NCBI GenBank assembly: GCA_027031495.1
Contig: JALVQA010000009.1
Coordinates: 16,898-80,897, forward strand
Origin: Candidatus Moraniibacteriota bacterium
GTDB taxonomy: Bacteria > Patescibacteriota > Minisyncoccia > Moranbacterales > GCA-2747515
Direction of reading: 5' to 3'
Length of the DNA: 64,000 nucleotides
Numbering within the stretch: the first letter of the stretch is position 1; each line of letters begins with the position of its first letter. The notes beneath the pieces were generated by a model. It was given only the letters and a program-made list of their open reading frames with translations, ran no database searches and was not told where the DNA came from. The position numbers were made by a program, and so were the translations under genes. This document shows positions 38,938 through 48,282 of the stretch, one piece after another.

Positions 38938-39408
38938 ATGAAATTGAAATCTTTGTCTTTCATCAGGAGATTTTTATCTTTCATCGGAAAGATATTTGCA
39001 AAAAGAAGGGATACGACACCCGTTCCCGTTCACAGTGCGTCTCTAAGAGACATTATGGAGAGCGCACCACCAACTCAATCTGGGAAGCCAACTCTTGGGA
39101 AGAGAACTGCAAGACTTGTGTACACAATCCACCCATATATGTACAGGAATGACTTTGAAACAATCATTCACTGGATTGGCATGGTCGTCAACGAGAATAC
39201 AACACCGAAGCAAGCACGGAAAAGTGTATGTGATTGTTTGCCGCAATTATTCAAAGAAAAAGGGGAAGAAAAGAATATTGCCAGAATGGTTGTCGATTTT
39301 GCGAGAGCTGCGTCAATCCTAACAAAAATCAAGCGCGACCACGGTGAAGACGTACCGCCGAGGATTATCGCATCTCTCATACACGCACACAACATCATAA
39401 ATTTATGA
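38938..39408 (+). CDS. Hypothetical protein (about 157 aa), basic amphipathic N-terminus
   Basis: The listed ORF 38884..39408 has an internal ATG at 38938 with AGAGG about 10 nt upstream. A strong intrinsic terminator follows the gene. I recognise no family. The locus is AT-rich. Confidence 0.45.
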   Translation: MKLKSLSFIRRFLSFIGKIFAKRRDTTPVPVHSASLRDIMESAPPTQSGKPTLGKRTARLVYTIHPYMYRNDFETIIHWIGMVVNENTTPKQARKSVCDCLPQLFKEKGEEKNIARMVVDFARAASILTKIKRDHGEDVPPRIIASLIHAHNIINL

Positions 39409-39433
39409 TTTTTTTATAAATTTAGCATTTTTG

Positions 39434-39480
39434 CACACCGCAATAAGATCATAAGAATACATTGCGGTGTTTTTTTATTT
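39434..39480 (+). terminator. Intrinsic terminator after the 38938..39408 gene
   Basis: cACACCGCAAT-16 nt loop-ATTGCGGTGT is followed by TTTTTTTATTT. Confidence 0.55.
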
Positions 39481-39629
39481 AACAAAACGTTTGTGAATAA
39501 TGGGGCTAAGCTTGCATATATACATATTATGTGATCGAATTCACATCATGCATTAGAATTTGACAGGAGAAATCATGTACTGTAGCATGTTAGGTGGTCC
39601 TTTTACACTTACAACTGCTGGGGGATGTT

Positions 39630-39932
39630 ATGACGGATAACATAAGAAAAGAGAGACTTGTGGACAGCGCATTCGATATCGTGCGAGCTGTTGTACTCAA
39701 TAATGTCGCCGCCTCTCTTTTTGATGAAGATGAAGTGGTCGACTGGCGCGCCGTGAAAGAGCGCATACAAGAATTTCGCCGTGCCTTTGAAGATGTCTAC
39801 GGCGATGACCTGGAAAAAGCAACGGACATCGAGCTGGTACGTACTGCCGATGATGCAGACGTCTACAGCAAGATTATTTTTCCAATGGTTGCCCACGTCG
39901 TCACGAGGGCTACAAAGAAGGATGGCACATAA
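39630..39932 (+). CDS. Hypothetical acidic small protein (about 100 aa)
   Basis: An ATG at 39630 is preceded by GGGGGA. The listed ORF starts at an upstream GTG at 39594. I recognise no family. Confidence 0.4.
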   Translation: MTDNIRKERLVDSAFDIVRAVVLNNVAASLFDEDEVVDWRAVKERIQEFRRAFEDVYGDDLEKATDIELVRTADDADVYSKIIFPMVAHVVTRATKKDGT

Positions 39933-39983
39933 AAAACTTCCAGTGCTCTCTTGACGATCTCTATATTTCAAAGGATTATATAT

Positions 39984-40946
39984 TTAATCCTTTTTTTGTT
40001 GTGGAAAAATGCTACTTAGATGCTCGTATATGTTAACAGCCCACTCTGTAATATCTTCCCTTCTCTTAAAATTGACATTATCAGGTATAAATATCTGAGG
40101 CGGGAACTTGACCCTCTTGACATCAAGAGGTTCCCTTCCAGTCCTTTCATAGAGATCATCTTCCCACTGTTCGATTGCATTTCTGTCAATATCTGCAAAC
40201 GCATGTGCAATGAATCTAATAGCCATATTAATATCACTCATCAAAGCATCATGTACTATGCTCCGCATTTTATCACGCATTCTAATCACACCTTGTTCGT
40301 CATTATCACTTCGGTAGATATTACCAGATCTTTCAAGTGCAGCGATCGCATCAATGTATCGCGGAATATCATTAGAAAATATTTGACGTAACATTTGCAG
40401 TGCTTCTTCTTTTTCTTTTGCTAATTGCTCCCATTCTTCCTCAGGGTGATCTCCTTCTTCTAATGTCGCACTTTTTATAAGACTTATAGCGTTTTTTACA
40501 TACTCTTCAGGAGTTTGTGGCATTTCTTTTTCATGATGGGACGCTGAGGTATCTCGCTTTTCGCTTTCTGTTTTAGTGGATACTGTGGCGATTTGAGGTT
40601 CTTCCCTACCAACATTTCTATCAGCGTTATATCTCTCTTCTTCTGTATCCTTATGTCGCATTTTAAACCTCATGTATCTCTCATACTCTTTACTACCCGG
40701 CGAAAATGGTGCATTGTGATAAAGTCTTAGCGTTCTTTGTATTCCTTTGGCTTCTTCGCGACGCAGTTTTCTTTCTTGTTCTTTATCTTCTTGAATTCTA
40801 TTGACATTTTCTTGCCCTTCTTGCTTGCTTTCTGCGGCATAACAATTAAGGCTTCCTCCAGCATGCTCATTGGAATAATTTCTACCGCCCTCTAAATACA
40901 TCATACTTTTAATGCTATGACTACATATTATTCTATACATGCTCAA
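39984..40946 (-). CDS. Hypothetical highly charged protein (320 aa)
   Basis: A long ORF in an AT-rich segment, rich in E/K/R. I recognise no family. Confidence 0.45.
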   Translation of the reverse strand: MSMYRIICSHSIKSMMYLEGGRNYSNEHAGGSLNCYAAESKQEGQENVNRIQEDKEQERKLRREEAKGIQRTLRLYHNAPFSPGSKEYERYMRFKMRHKDTEEERYNADRNVGREEPQIATVSTKTESEKRDTSASHHEKEMPQTPEEYVKNAISLIKSATLEEGDHPEEEWEQLAKEKEEALQMLRQIFSNDIPRYIDAIAALERSGNIYRSDNDEQGVIRMRDKMRSIVHDALMSDINMAIRFIAHAFADIDRNAIEQWEDDLYERTGREPLDVKRVKFPPQIFIPDNVNFKRREDITEWAVNIYEHLSSIFPQQKKD

Positions 40947-41090
40947 TTATACCATAATTCGTAAAAACAATCAAATCATGTCCATGCATTAATTCTTCTC
41001 AATGACGCGAGATGACAATACGTACAGTAAAACAGCTGTGTTATAATAGACGAATTATTACCACATAAACGTGAAAATGTTACTAAAATT

Positions 41091-42155
41091 ATGCAAAACA
41101 TCCTTATCACCGGCGGTGCCGGCTACATTGGCTCACACACGGTTGTCGCGCTTCATGAAGCGGGCTTTCGTCCCGTTATCATTGACAATCTCAGCAATAG
41201 TGACGCACGCGTACTAGACGGGATCGCGCACATTACCGGCACTCGCCCGTCATTTTATCGTGGCGACTGTCGTGATATAGATCTCCTGCGTAAAATTTTC
41301 ACGCAAGAGGACATCGCCGGTGTCATTCACTTCGCCGCATACAAAGCCGTTGGTGAGAGCGTACAAGAACCGCTTAAATACTATGATAACAATATCAACG
41401 CGCTCTTACGCGTTCTTATAGCATCACAAGAGCACTCAGCCGGACAAGAGCATGTGTTTCCTTTTATCTTCTCTTCCAGCGCCACCGTCTACGGTGAGGC
41501 AGATACGATGCCACTGACGGAAGAAACGCCGCGCAAACCAGCAACCAATCCTTATGGCAACACCAAAGCAATTGCCGAGGATATTTTGCACGATGTCGTT
41601 CATGCACAGCGCAGAGCGAATGCATCATTATACGCAACGCCGCTTCATGCCATCGCACTGCGCTACTTTAATCCTATTGGCGCGCACCCGAGCGCCGCAA
41701 TCGGCGAGAATCCCCACGGACGACCGGAAAACCTCGTTCCCTATCTCGTCCAAGCCGCATCCGGCAGGCGCGAGCCGCTCACGATCTACGGCAACGACTA
41801 CCCCACACCAGATGGTACCGGCGTGCGCGACTACATCCACGTCGTGGACCTCGCAGAAGCACATGTAGCAGCGATGCAATACGCCTTTGCCCAAACCGAC
41901 GCGCCGCGTTTTGACATCTTCAACATTGGTACCGGTCGCGGCACGAGCGTCAAAGAACTCATCGCCACTTTTGAAGAGGTTACCGGTGTAAACGTTCCAC
42001 ACACAATTGGCGCGCGCCGTCCCGGAGATGTTGCCGTTTGCTACGCTGACACAACTAAAGCTGCAGATATCCTCGGATGGCGCGCTCGCTGTAGCATCGC
42101 TGACGCATTACGCGATGCCTGGGTGTGGGAACAACGCCAACACACCACATCCTAG
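41091..42155 (+). CDS. galE: UDP-glucose 4-epimerase
   Basis: Carries GGAGYIGSH as the NAD-binding motif and YxxxK (YGNTK). Length and overall architecture match GalE. Confidence 0.9.
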   Translation: MQNILITGGAGYIGSHTVVALHEAGFRPVIIDNLSNSDARVLDGIAHITGTRPSFYRGDCRDIDLLRKIFTQEDIAGVIHFAAYKAVGESVQEPLKYYDNNINALLRVLIASQEHSAGQEHVFPFIFSSSATVYGEADTMPLTEETPRKPATNPYGNTKAIAEDILHDVVHAQRRANASLYATPLHAIALRYFNPIGAHPSAAIGENPHGRPENLVPYLVQAASGRREPLTIYGNDYPTPDGTGVRDYIHVVDLAEAHVAAMQYAFAQTDAPRFDIFNIGTGRGTSVKELIATFEEVTGVNVPHTIGARRPGDVAVCYADTTKAADILGWRARCSIADALRDAWVWEQRQHTTS

Positions 42156-42163
42156 ATGCTCAC

Positions 42164-43479
42164 TTAGAGAAATATGGAATCATGCATGATAAAGACACAG
42201 TACACTATGATGCACAATACAACGTTATACAGAATTTGTATATGCAGGAGCTTTTGCGGAATATGTGCCAGCGCGATAATAGCCAATAGCCCCGGCAGGC
42301 TGTAGCGTGGCTCAATCAACCAGTGCAACGCCAATGATGCCACGGTGGCACCGGCCCACAACAGTGCCAGCGTTATATTACGCCAGTGCAACGCAAAGAG
42401 TGTTCCCAACGCGACAACCACAACGACATATGAAACGCCTCGGGCAAATGGTGCTGTTGCAATGGCAATAAGCACATCGTTATGCAAGAAACGCTCTGCT
42501 GTTACGAAATTGTAAGCGTGATCTATGACAAACGTCTTGTCATAGAAAAACCACCCGGCGAGAATGAGTAGCACCAACCCCACTTTTTGCATCCGAGACA
42601 GCCGTGAGATATTACGCATGATGTCCGCACTGATGCAACAACCAGTGGCAAAAACAGCACCGCAAAACATAGCAAAGAGAAATAGATATTCCCCCAGTGC
42701 AATGCACCTGCCGGATGGGCACTCTTGTCTCCCAGTGCCACGCCGCCATTAATGACAACAAATCCGGCAAACGCAGCCATCACCAGCCCATATGGAAAAT
42801 ACCACAAGAGAAACTGCCATGAACCCACTCTCTGTAGCAACGCTATCCAATGGCGACGCTGTATTGGAACACGCACGCGCCCATAAATATCTACAAGCAT
42901 GAATGCCACAACGGCAGCGGCAATGTATATCACCATATCCTGGCGCACGAGTAGTGTCAGTGCAAAGAGGCCGGCAGCAGCCCAATGACATCGCTTGTAT
43001 GCCAGTGCCACCGCCAAGAGAAAGAGTGAGACTGCCGGGATATCCGTATACACAATAAACGTGAAGAGAAACACTAGTGGCAGTGTGAGTACAGCAAACA
43101 TCTCTTCTTCTGCACGCCCTGTTGTCCTCACAAGCACATAGATTCCCAGCACAAGGAGTATGCCAAACACCGTTGCGGAAATATACCGAATATGGCGCTG
43201 CTTTGGATACTTCCCAAATGGATGCGCTATCACCTGTACACCACGTGCAACATAAGCTACGGCGTAGTGGTAGCCGGGAATATTGGTGAGGTTTTCAAAA
43301 TCCGCCTGTGACTGAATCTTGTCGCTATAGATGCGCTTGATCATCTTGCTGTGTACTTTTTCATCACGCCGAAAACCCTTTTCTGTCGCAAGCATGAAGA
43401 GTGCAATAGCCTGCAAGAGAATGAGTGCTATGATCGCTGTCCGATGACGTGACCAGAAGCTTTGTGTTGTCTGTGCCAT
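42164..43479 (-). pseudogene. GT-C-type (ArnT/PMT-like) polytopic membrane glycosyltransferase, apparently split by a frameshift into 318-aa and 168-aa ORFs
   Basis: Two same-strand ORFs (42523..43479 and 42164..42670) overlap in different frames. The tail of the first and the head of the second look out of frame. Combined length is about 480 aa, similar to the neighbouring 497-aa membrane protein. Confidence 0.45.
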
Positions 43480-43501
43480 TTGTGTGTTATTACGTCTTAC
43501 T

Positions 43502-44995
43502 TTACTGCAGCCATTGTGGCATCATCCACCCAAGCACGTTGTGCGCTACCGGTGTCGGCAGTGCACTCCAGCGCGCGGCAAGCTCTGCGTCCGAGAGCGC
43601 ATCCACTTGCGTCGGCGTCAGGTGCAACAACTGCGCAATCTTCGTTTTCTTGACCAACAGCGTCACGCGTCCTTGGCGAAACACCACGCGGTAATCGCCA
43701 CTCTCAGCAATACTGCGACGGTATGACATCTTGCGTGTCTCCAATGCCGGACGCTTTGTGCGCTTCTTGTCAGCATATTTGCTGCGCTTGAGGAGAACGT
43801 AATCCGTTAGTTGCCGATTATCCGGCAGGAAAAACTCCGCGCGCCGATTCACATGCGGTCCTACCGATGCGTCCGCTGTCACGCTCCCGCCATCCTTGAT
43901 CTGCCGCACTGCGGCATCCAGCGCATCCGTGTGCACACTCGTTTTGAAGTCCATGCGGTCCAGGAAGTGCGGCACGCCGGCAATCACCAGCCACAGTGCC
44001 ACAACCGCAAACAGCGCCTTCTGCCGCCACTTCCCTTGCCACCGCGCGGCAAGCTCAACGAAAATTATCACAAGCACCGGCGGGATAAGGACAAACACAT
44101 GACTGCCGCCGTTGATGCGCCCGTAGATGATAATCACCAGCGCAATCAGCAGCGACGGGATCAACAAAATGCTGTACCGGCTTGCAAGCGGCAGCACCCA
44201 CGCAAGCGGTGCGAGCCACTCCCCCACGCGCTTGAGTCGCTTGGCAAACTTTGGGACCTCGCCGTGAAGCGCATTGAGAAATTGCTGCTTGATATAGTCG
44301 GATGACCCAAACCCGACGGTAATGAAGAACTTTGCCGCCAGTTGCAGTGCCACACCCGCCACCATCGGCGGCAGCACCCACTTCCAGCTGCGCCGCTGCC
44401 ACAGTGCCAGCACACCCACGAGAAACAGCGTCGGCGAGACAAATTCACTCACAAGCGCCATCGCTAACACCAGCACTAAAAACCGCTTGTACCACCGCTC
44501 GCGGTATGCCATCAGTAACCACAAGAAAAACACCCCGCCGATTGCCACCACATGCATCGGACCGATCACCTGCTTGAGTGTCAGCGGATGTAGCAACCAC
44601 AGCGCGAGCGCTAGATATGCCGCAAGCCACCCAAGCCGCCGCGCCACATAGAAGTACAGCGTCAGCGCGCCGGCAGCAAAGAACGTCTGGATGATAAACA
44701 ATAGCGTCAGTGTGTGCGGCACGAGTGCATACAGCGGTAGGTATAGGAACTGTACGATGTTCAGGTGCTCGCGCAGATTGAACTCATTGCCAATCAAAAA
44801 ACTCTGATGAAACAGCCGCCCGGTAAACACCGTATTCCACAGCGCCTGCTCCGCCACCGCCGTGTCACCGGTACTGAACACATACCCCTCGTACTTCTTG
44901 TGCGTCGCGGCCATCCACACACCAAGCATACACACAACTAACACTACAGCAAGCACGTTGTGCCATGTTAATATGGATTTCTTTATCATAGCCAT
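43502..44995 (-). CDS. Polytopic membrane protein, GT-C/DUF2079-like (putative glycosyltransferase)
   Basis: Has about 10 N-terminal TM helices plus a C-terminal soluble domain. The segment is GC-rich relative to the neighbours. Confidence 0.5.
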   Translation of the reverse strand: MAMIKKSILTWHNVLAVVLVVCMLGVWMAATHKKYEGYVFSTGDTAVAEQALWNTVFTGRLFHQSFLIGNEFNLREHLNIVQFLYLPLYALVPHTLTLLFIIQTFFAAGALTLYFYVARRLGWLAAYLALALWLLHPLTLKQVIGPMHVVAIGGVFFLWLLMAYRERWYKRFLVLVLAMALVSEFVSPTLFLVGVLALWQRRSWKWVLPPMVAGVALQLAAKFFITVGFGSSDYIKQQFLNALHGEVPKFAKRLKRVGEWLAPLAWVLPLASRYSILLIPSLLIALVIIIYGRINGGSHVFVLIPPVLVIIFVELAARWQGKWRQKALFAVVALWLVIAGVPHFLDRMDFKTSVHTDALDAAVRQIKDGGSVTADASVGPHVNRRAEFFLPDNRQLTDYVLLKRSKYADKKRTKRPALETRKMSYRRSIAESGDYRVVFRQGRVTLLVKKTKIAQLLHLTPTQVDALSDAELAARWSALPTPVAHNVLGWMMPQWLQ

Positions 44996-45054
44996 TTTGT
45001 ATAGAATGTCGTTAATGTATTCCTACATTACAAGTAGTCAAAGTATTCTACTTT

Positions 45055-46134
45055 TCATTTATTTGCAATAATCTTCATGATCTTTTCAGCACTTTTACCG
45101 TCGCCAAATGGATTTGTCCATACGACATCCTTTTTTATGAGAGCACTGGCACTTGTTAAGATACGCTCATTGTCACTGTTACCAACAAGGACGCAGCCAC
45201 CAACATCAACAGCTTCTGGTCGCTCCGTATTCTCACGCAAAACGATACACTTCTTTTTTAGAATACATGATTCTTCTTGTAAACCGCCACTATCCGTTGC
45301 AATAAGAACTGCCATCTTCTGTAACATGAGCATGTCAAGATAACCAACAGGATCGATAGTTGTAAAATTTTGTGGCAGAGTGATATGAATTTTTTCTATC
45401 ATCTTTTTGGTTCGTGGATGCGCCGGGAAAACGACACGAACATTATGCATTTTTGCAATTTTCGATACAGCTCCTATAACTACCTTCAAATTGCTCTCAA
45501 CATCAACAGTCGCCGGTCTATGTGCTGTCATCAATATATAGTCATCACCACTCAAATTAAGTGTTTGTAAGATCTTTGATTTTTGTTCAGCAATCTGTAC
45601 ACCTTCCAGAACAGCGTCAACAATCGTATTACCAACAGTAAAGATCTTTGAGCCCTCAATCCCTTCTGTCATTAGGATATCAGCCTGTCTTTTTGTCGGC
45701 GCAAAAAGGTAATCTGATACATGATCGGTTACAATACGATTGATTTCTTCCGGCATAGAACGGTCATAGCTCCTTAGACCTGCTTCAACATGCCCAACTT
45801 TTATATCTATCTTTGACGCAACAAGCGCCGCTGCCATAACAGTATTTGTATCTCCTTGCACAAGCACGATATCAGGATTCTCTTTTTGTAGCACTTTTTC
45901 TATTTCTATCATCATACGTCCCGTCATTTCGCCATGACTTCCAGAACCAATGCCGAGATTATACTTAGGCTGCACTAGCTCAAGTTCATCAAAAAATATT
46001 TTGTCCATATTCTCCGAATAGTGCTGATTCGTATGTATAACGAAATACTCTTTGTTGTAATTCTCGCAAAATCTGATAATCGGTGCCATTTTAATAATTT
46101 CCGGCCGCGTTCCAAGAATAATTGCTGTTTTCAT
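45055..46134 (-). CDS. wecB: UDP-N-acetylglucosamine 2-epimerase (non-hydrolysing)
   Basis: Carries MKTAIILGTRPEIIKMAPI...QGDTNTV...HVEAGLRS, the typical WecB/MnaA motifs. I chose the start at the internal Met (codon 16 of the listed ORF). Confidence 0.9.
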   Translation of the reverse strand: MKTAIILGTRPEIIKMAPIIRFCENYNKEYFVIHTNQHYSENMDKIFFDELELVQPKYNLGIGSGSHGEMTGRMMIEIEKVLQKENPDIVLVQGDTNTVMAAALVASKIDIKVGHVEAGLRSYDRSMPEEINRIVTDHVSDYLFAPTKRQADILMTEGIEGSKIFTVGNTIVDAVLEGVQIAEQKSKILQTLNLSGDDYILMTAHRPATVDVESNLKVVIGAVSKIAKMHNVRVVFPAHPRTKKMIEKIHITLPQNFTTIDPVGYLDMLMLQKMAVLIATDSGGLQEESCILKKKCIVLRENTERPEAVDVGGCVLVGNSDNERILTSASALIKKDVVWTNPFGDGKSAEKIMKIIANK

Positions 46135-46144
46135 AAAAAAATGA

Positions 46145-48271
46145 TTATCTAATCTTCTTTGCCAAAAGACGCTCACCATCTATAACTTGCATTGCAATTT
46201 TGTCCAATACTCTTTTATTAGTTTTAACCCACTCTTTCTTATTTATTTTGTCTTCACTATAACTGTTTAAAAATCTCTTATAAGAAATATACTTATAACC
46301 TAATTCATCAAAATCACCAATTTGTACTGTATCAACAATTGGAATAATATCATGCTGCAAATATTCTATAAGTTTGGTTGGGCAAGCTGCGCGATTCACA
46401 ATAACATCTTCACGCAACACGAGTCCAAAATCAGCCTTGTTGTACCAATATTTTACATCGTCTGGTCCGGCAGATATAACTATACCTGGAAATGATTCCC
46501 GAAACTTCTTAGTATAAATGTCTTTTAATTCATCTGGCTGAGGAACAAGAAATACAAAATCATATCTTTTCTGTAGAGAATGCACAAAATCAAGCATCTT
46601 GTGTACTTGTTGCCACTTCTGTAATCCGCCGCAATAGATAATAACTTCTTTATCTTTTATTGATTTCATTGTTGGCTTTGCGCTCCCGCTAGAGGAAGTC
46701 GGAAAGATTGGCAAAAGTAATATTCTTGATTTTTTAAGGAAAGAATACTTACATCTTAAGTGCTTTGCCATCATATTTGTGACAACAATAACTACATTAG
46801 CTCTTCTAATAGCAAATTTTTCTATTTCATTAAAATCTTTGTAGCCAATTTTGTCACCATGAAAGAGAAACTCTTCTGGAACAACACCGTGAACATCAAG
46901 AATTCTTTTTCTAGCAGTTCTGAAAAGAATTCTATGCAATTTAGAATTTAAACGAAGAATACTATGCAAATAAATCCTCCCAGAAAGAATGTGCACAATA
47001 AGAAGAGCAAGAAATCCTATCGGATTCTTCTTATTAATTGATATTTCAAAGGTGTTAGCATTAATTTTGTTAATCATTCTAAAATCATTGCGAGATATCT
47101 TCCCGGAATAGTATCTTACATAAAATTTTAGGTATACTGACAATATTTTATCGATAGCATTAACTCTCTGAAAGTAGCCATCTTTTAGATCATCTTCGGT
47201 AGGATAATGTACTAGAAATAATATTTTTCGCGTTAATACGATATATGATATCCTTTTGTATCGTATATGTATAAAACGCCATATTCTATTCAAAAGATTA
47301 TAGAAACGTAACGATGCTTTTATAAAAAGGCTATCGCATTTCTGAGTTATATTTGTTAAGTGATCGATTGTACTCACTATTATCTCGTAGTAGTTGTCAA
47401 AAACATTCTTCGCATACTTATCATCATTATGCGACAGTAGAAAATGCATATCTTGTTTGAAGCCAAGATATGGTAAAAGACTCCTGTCTTTCCAAGTAAT
47501 ATTGTGCTTATATTCAAATATAGTCTTATTCTTCTGCAAATGTCGCATTAGTTTGCGCACTGGAATTTGCGAAAAAGATGCGGTACCCCAATGGTATAAG
47601 AAAACGTCTCTTGCTATGTGCATTTTGAATCCTGCATTTAAAATGCGCAAACAATAATCATCGTCTTCGAACGCACCGCGCCCGAAAATCTCATCAAGAT
47701 ATCCCACCTTCAAAAATAGCTCACGCGTCCCGATAAAACAAAAAAAACCTAGAAAATTCGTTTCTTTTACAAAATTCTCAAATAAGATATACCTTTTTTG
47801 AGCAAATTTATTAATTTTTTCAAAGTTATTATCGCAAGAATCCAATTGTAAATCTGTAGCAATTGTTTGCTCATTTCCACAAGCATTTGTTACGGGACCA
47901 ATCGCATCAGAATCATGAGCAATTAGACGGTCTAGCCAGTAATCAGTAAGAATAACATCACTATTCAATAGGCAAATATGTGTAATATCATCTTCTTTAA
48001 GAAATTTTTTGATACCAATGTTGTTACCACCTGGAAAACCAGTATTATGATTCATTCGAATTAACTCATCGTCAAAATCGACGCGCTCTTTCTTTAATAA
48101 ATCAAACGCACGTTTAATTTTTTTAAATTCTGCCAATCTTGATGCATTGTCAATAACACAAATACTAAAACGTGTATCATTCTTTGCGCGCACCAAAGAA
48201 TCTAAACACTGCTCAACAACATCAGCTCTATTATAAGTGAGTATGACAATGCCAACTCTTATCTCATTCAT
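46145..48271 (-). CDS. Multidomain glycosyltransferase (N-terminal GT2 + C-terminal GT1/GT4-like)
   Basis: The GT2 motifs are VGIVILTYNR...VIDNAS, a DxD and FEDDDYCLR. The C-terminal part (about 230 aa) is Rossmann-like. The segment is very AT-rich. Confidence 0.8.
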   Translation of the reverse strand: MNEIRVGIVILTYNRADVVEQCLDSLVRAKNDTRFSICVIDNASRLAEFKKIKRAFDLLKKERVDFDDELIRMNHNTGFPGGNNIGIKKFLKEDDITHICLLNSDVILTDYWLDRLIAHDSDAIGPVTNACGNEQTIATDLQLDSCDNNFEKINKFAQKRYILFENFVKETNFLGFFCFIGTRELFLKVGYLDEIFGRGAFEDDDYCLRILNAGFKMHIARDVFLYHWGTASFSQIPVRKLMRHLQKNKTIFEYKHNITWKDRSLLPYLGFKQDMHFLLSHNDDKYAKNVFDNYYEIIVSTIDHLTNITQKCDSLFIKASLRFYNLLNRIWRFIHIRYKRISYIVLTRKILFLVHYPTEDDLKDGYFQRVNAIDKILSVYLKFYVRYYSGKISRNDFRMINKINANTFEISINKKNPIGFLALLIVHILSGRIYLHSILRLNSKLHRILFRTARKRILDVHGVVPEEFLFHGDKIGYKDFNEIEKFAIRRANVVIVVTNMMAKHLRCKYSFLKKSRILLLPIFPTSSSGSAKPTMKSIKDKEVIIYCGGLQKWQQVHKMLDFVHSLQKRYDFVFLVPQPDELKDIYTKKFRESFPGIVISAGPDDVKYWYNKADFGLVLREDVIVNRAACPTKLIEYLQHDIIPIVDTVQIGDFDELGYKYISYKRFLNSYSEDKINKKEWVKTNKRVLDKIAMQVIDGERLLAKKIR

Positions 48272-48282
48272 AGTGTATTTTT

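Noticed and set aside
42164-42670. Treating 42164..42670 and 42523..43479 as two independent genes
   Set aside because: They overlap by about 150 nt on the same strand in different frames. Both encode pieces of the same kind of polytopic membrane protein. A single frameshifted gene is the simpler reading.
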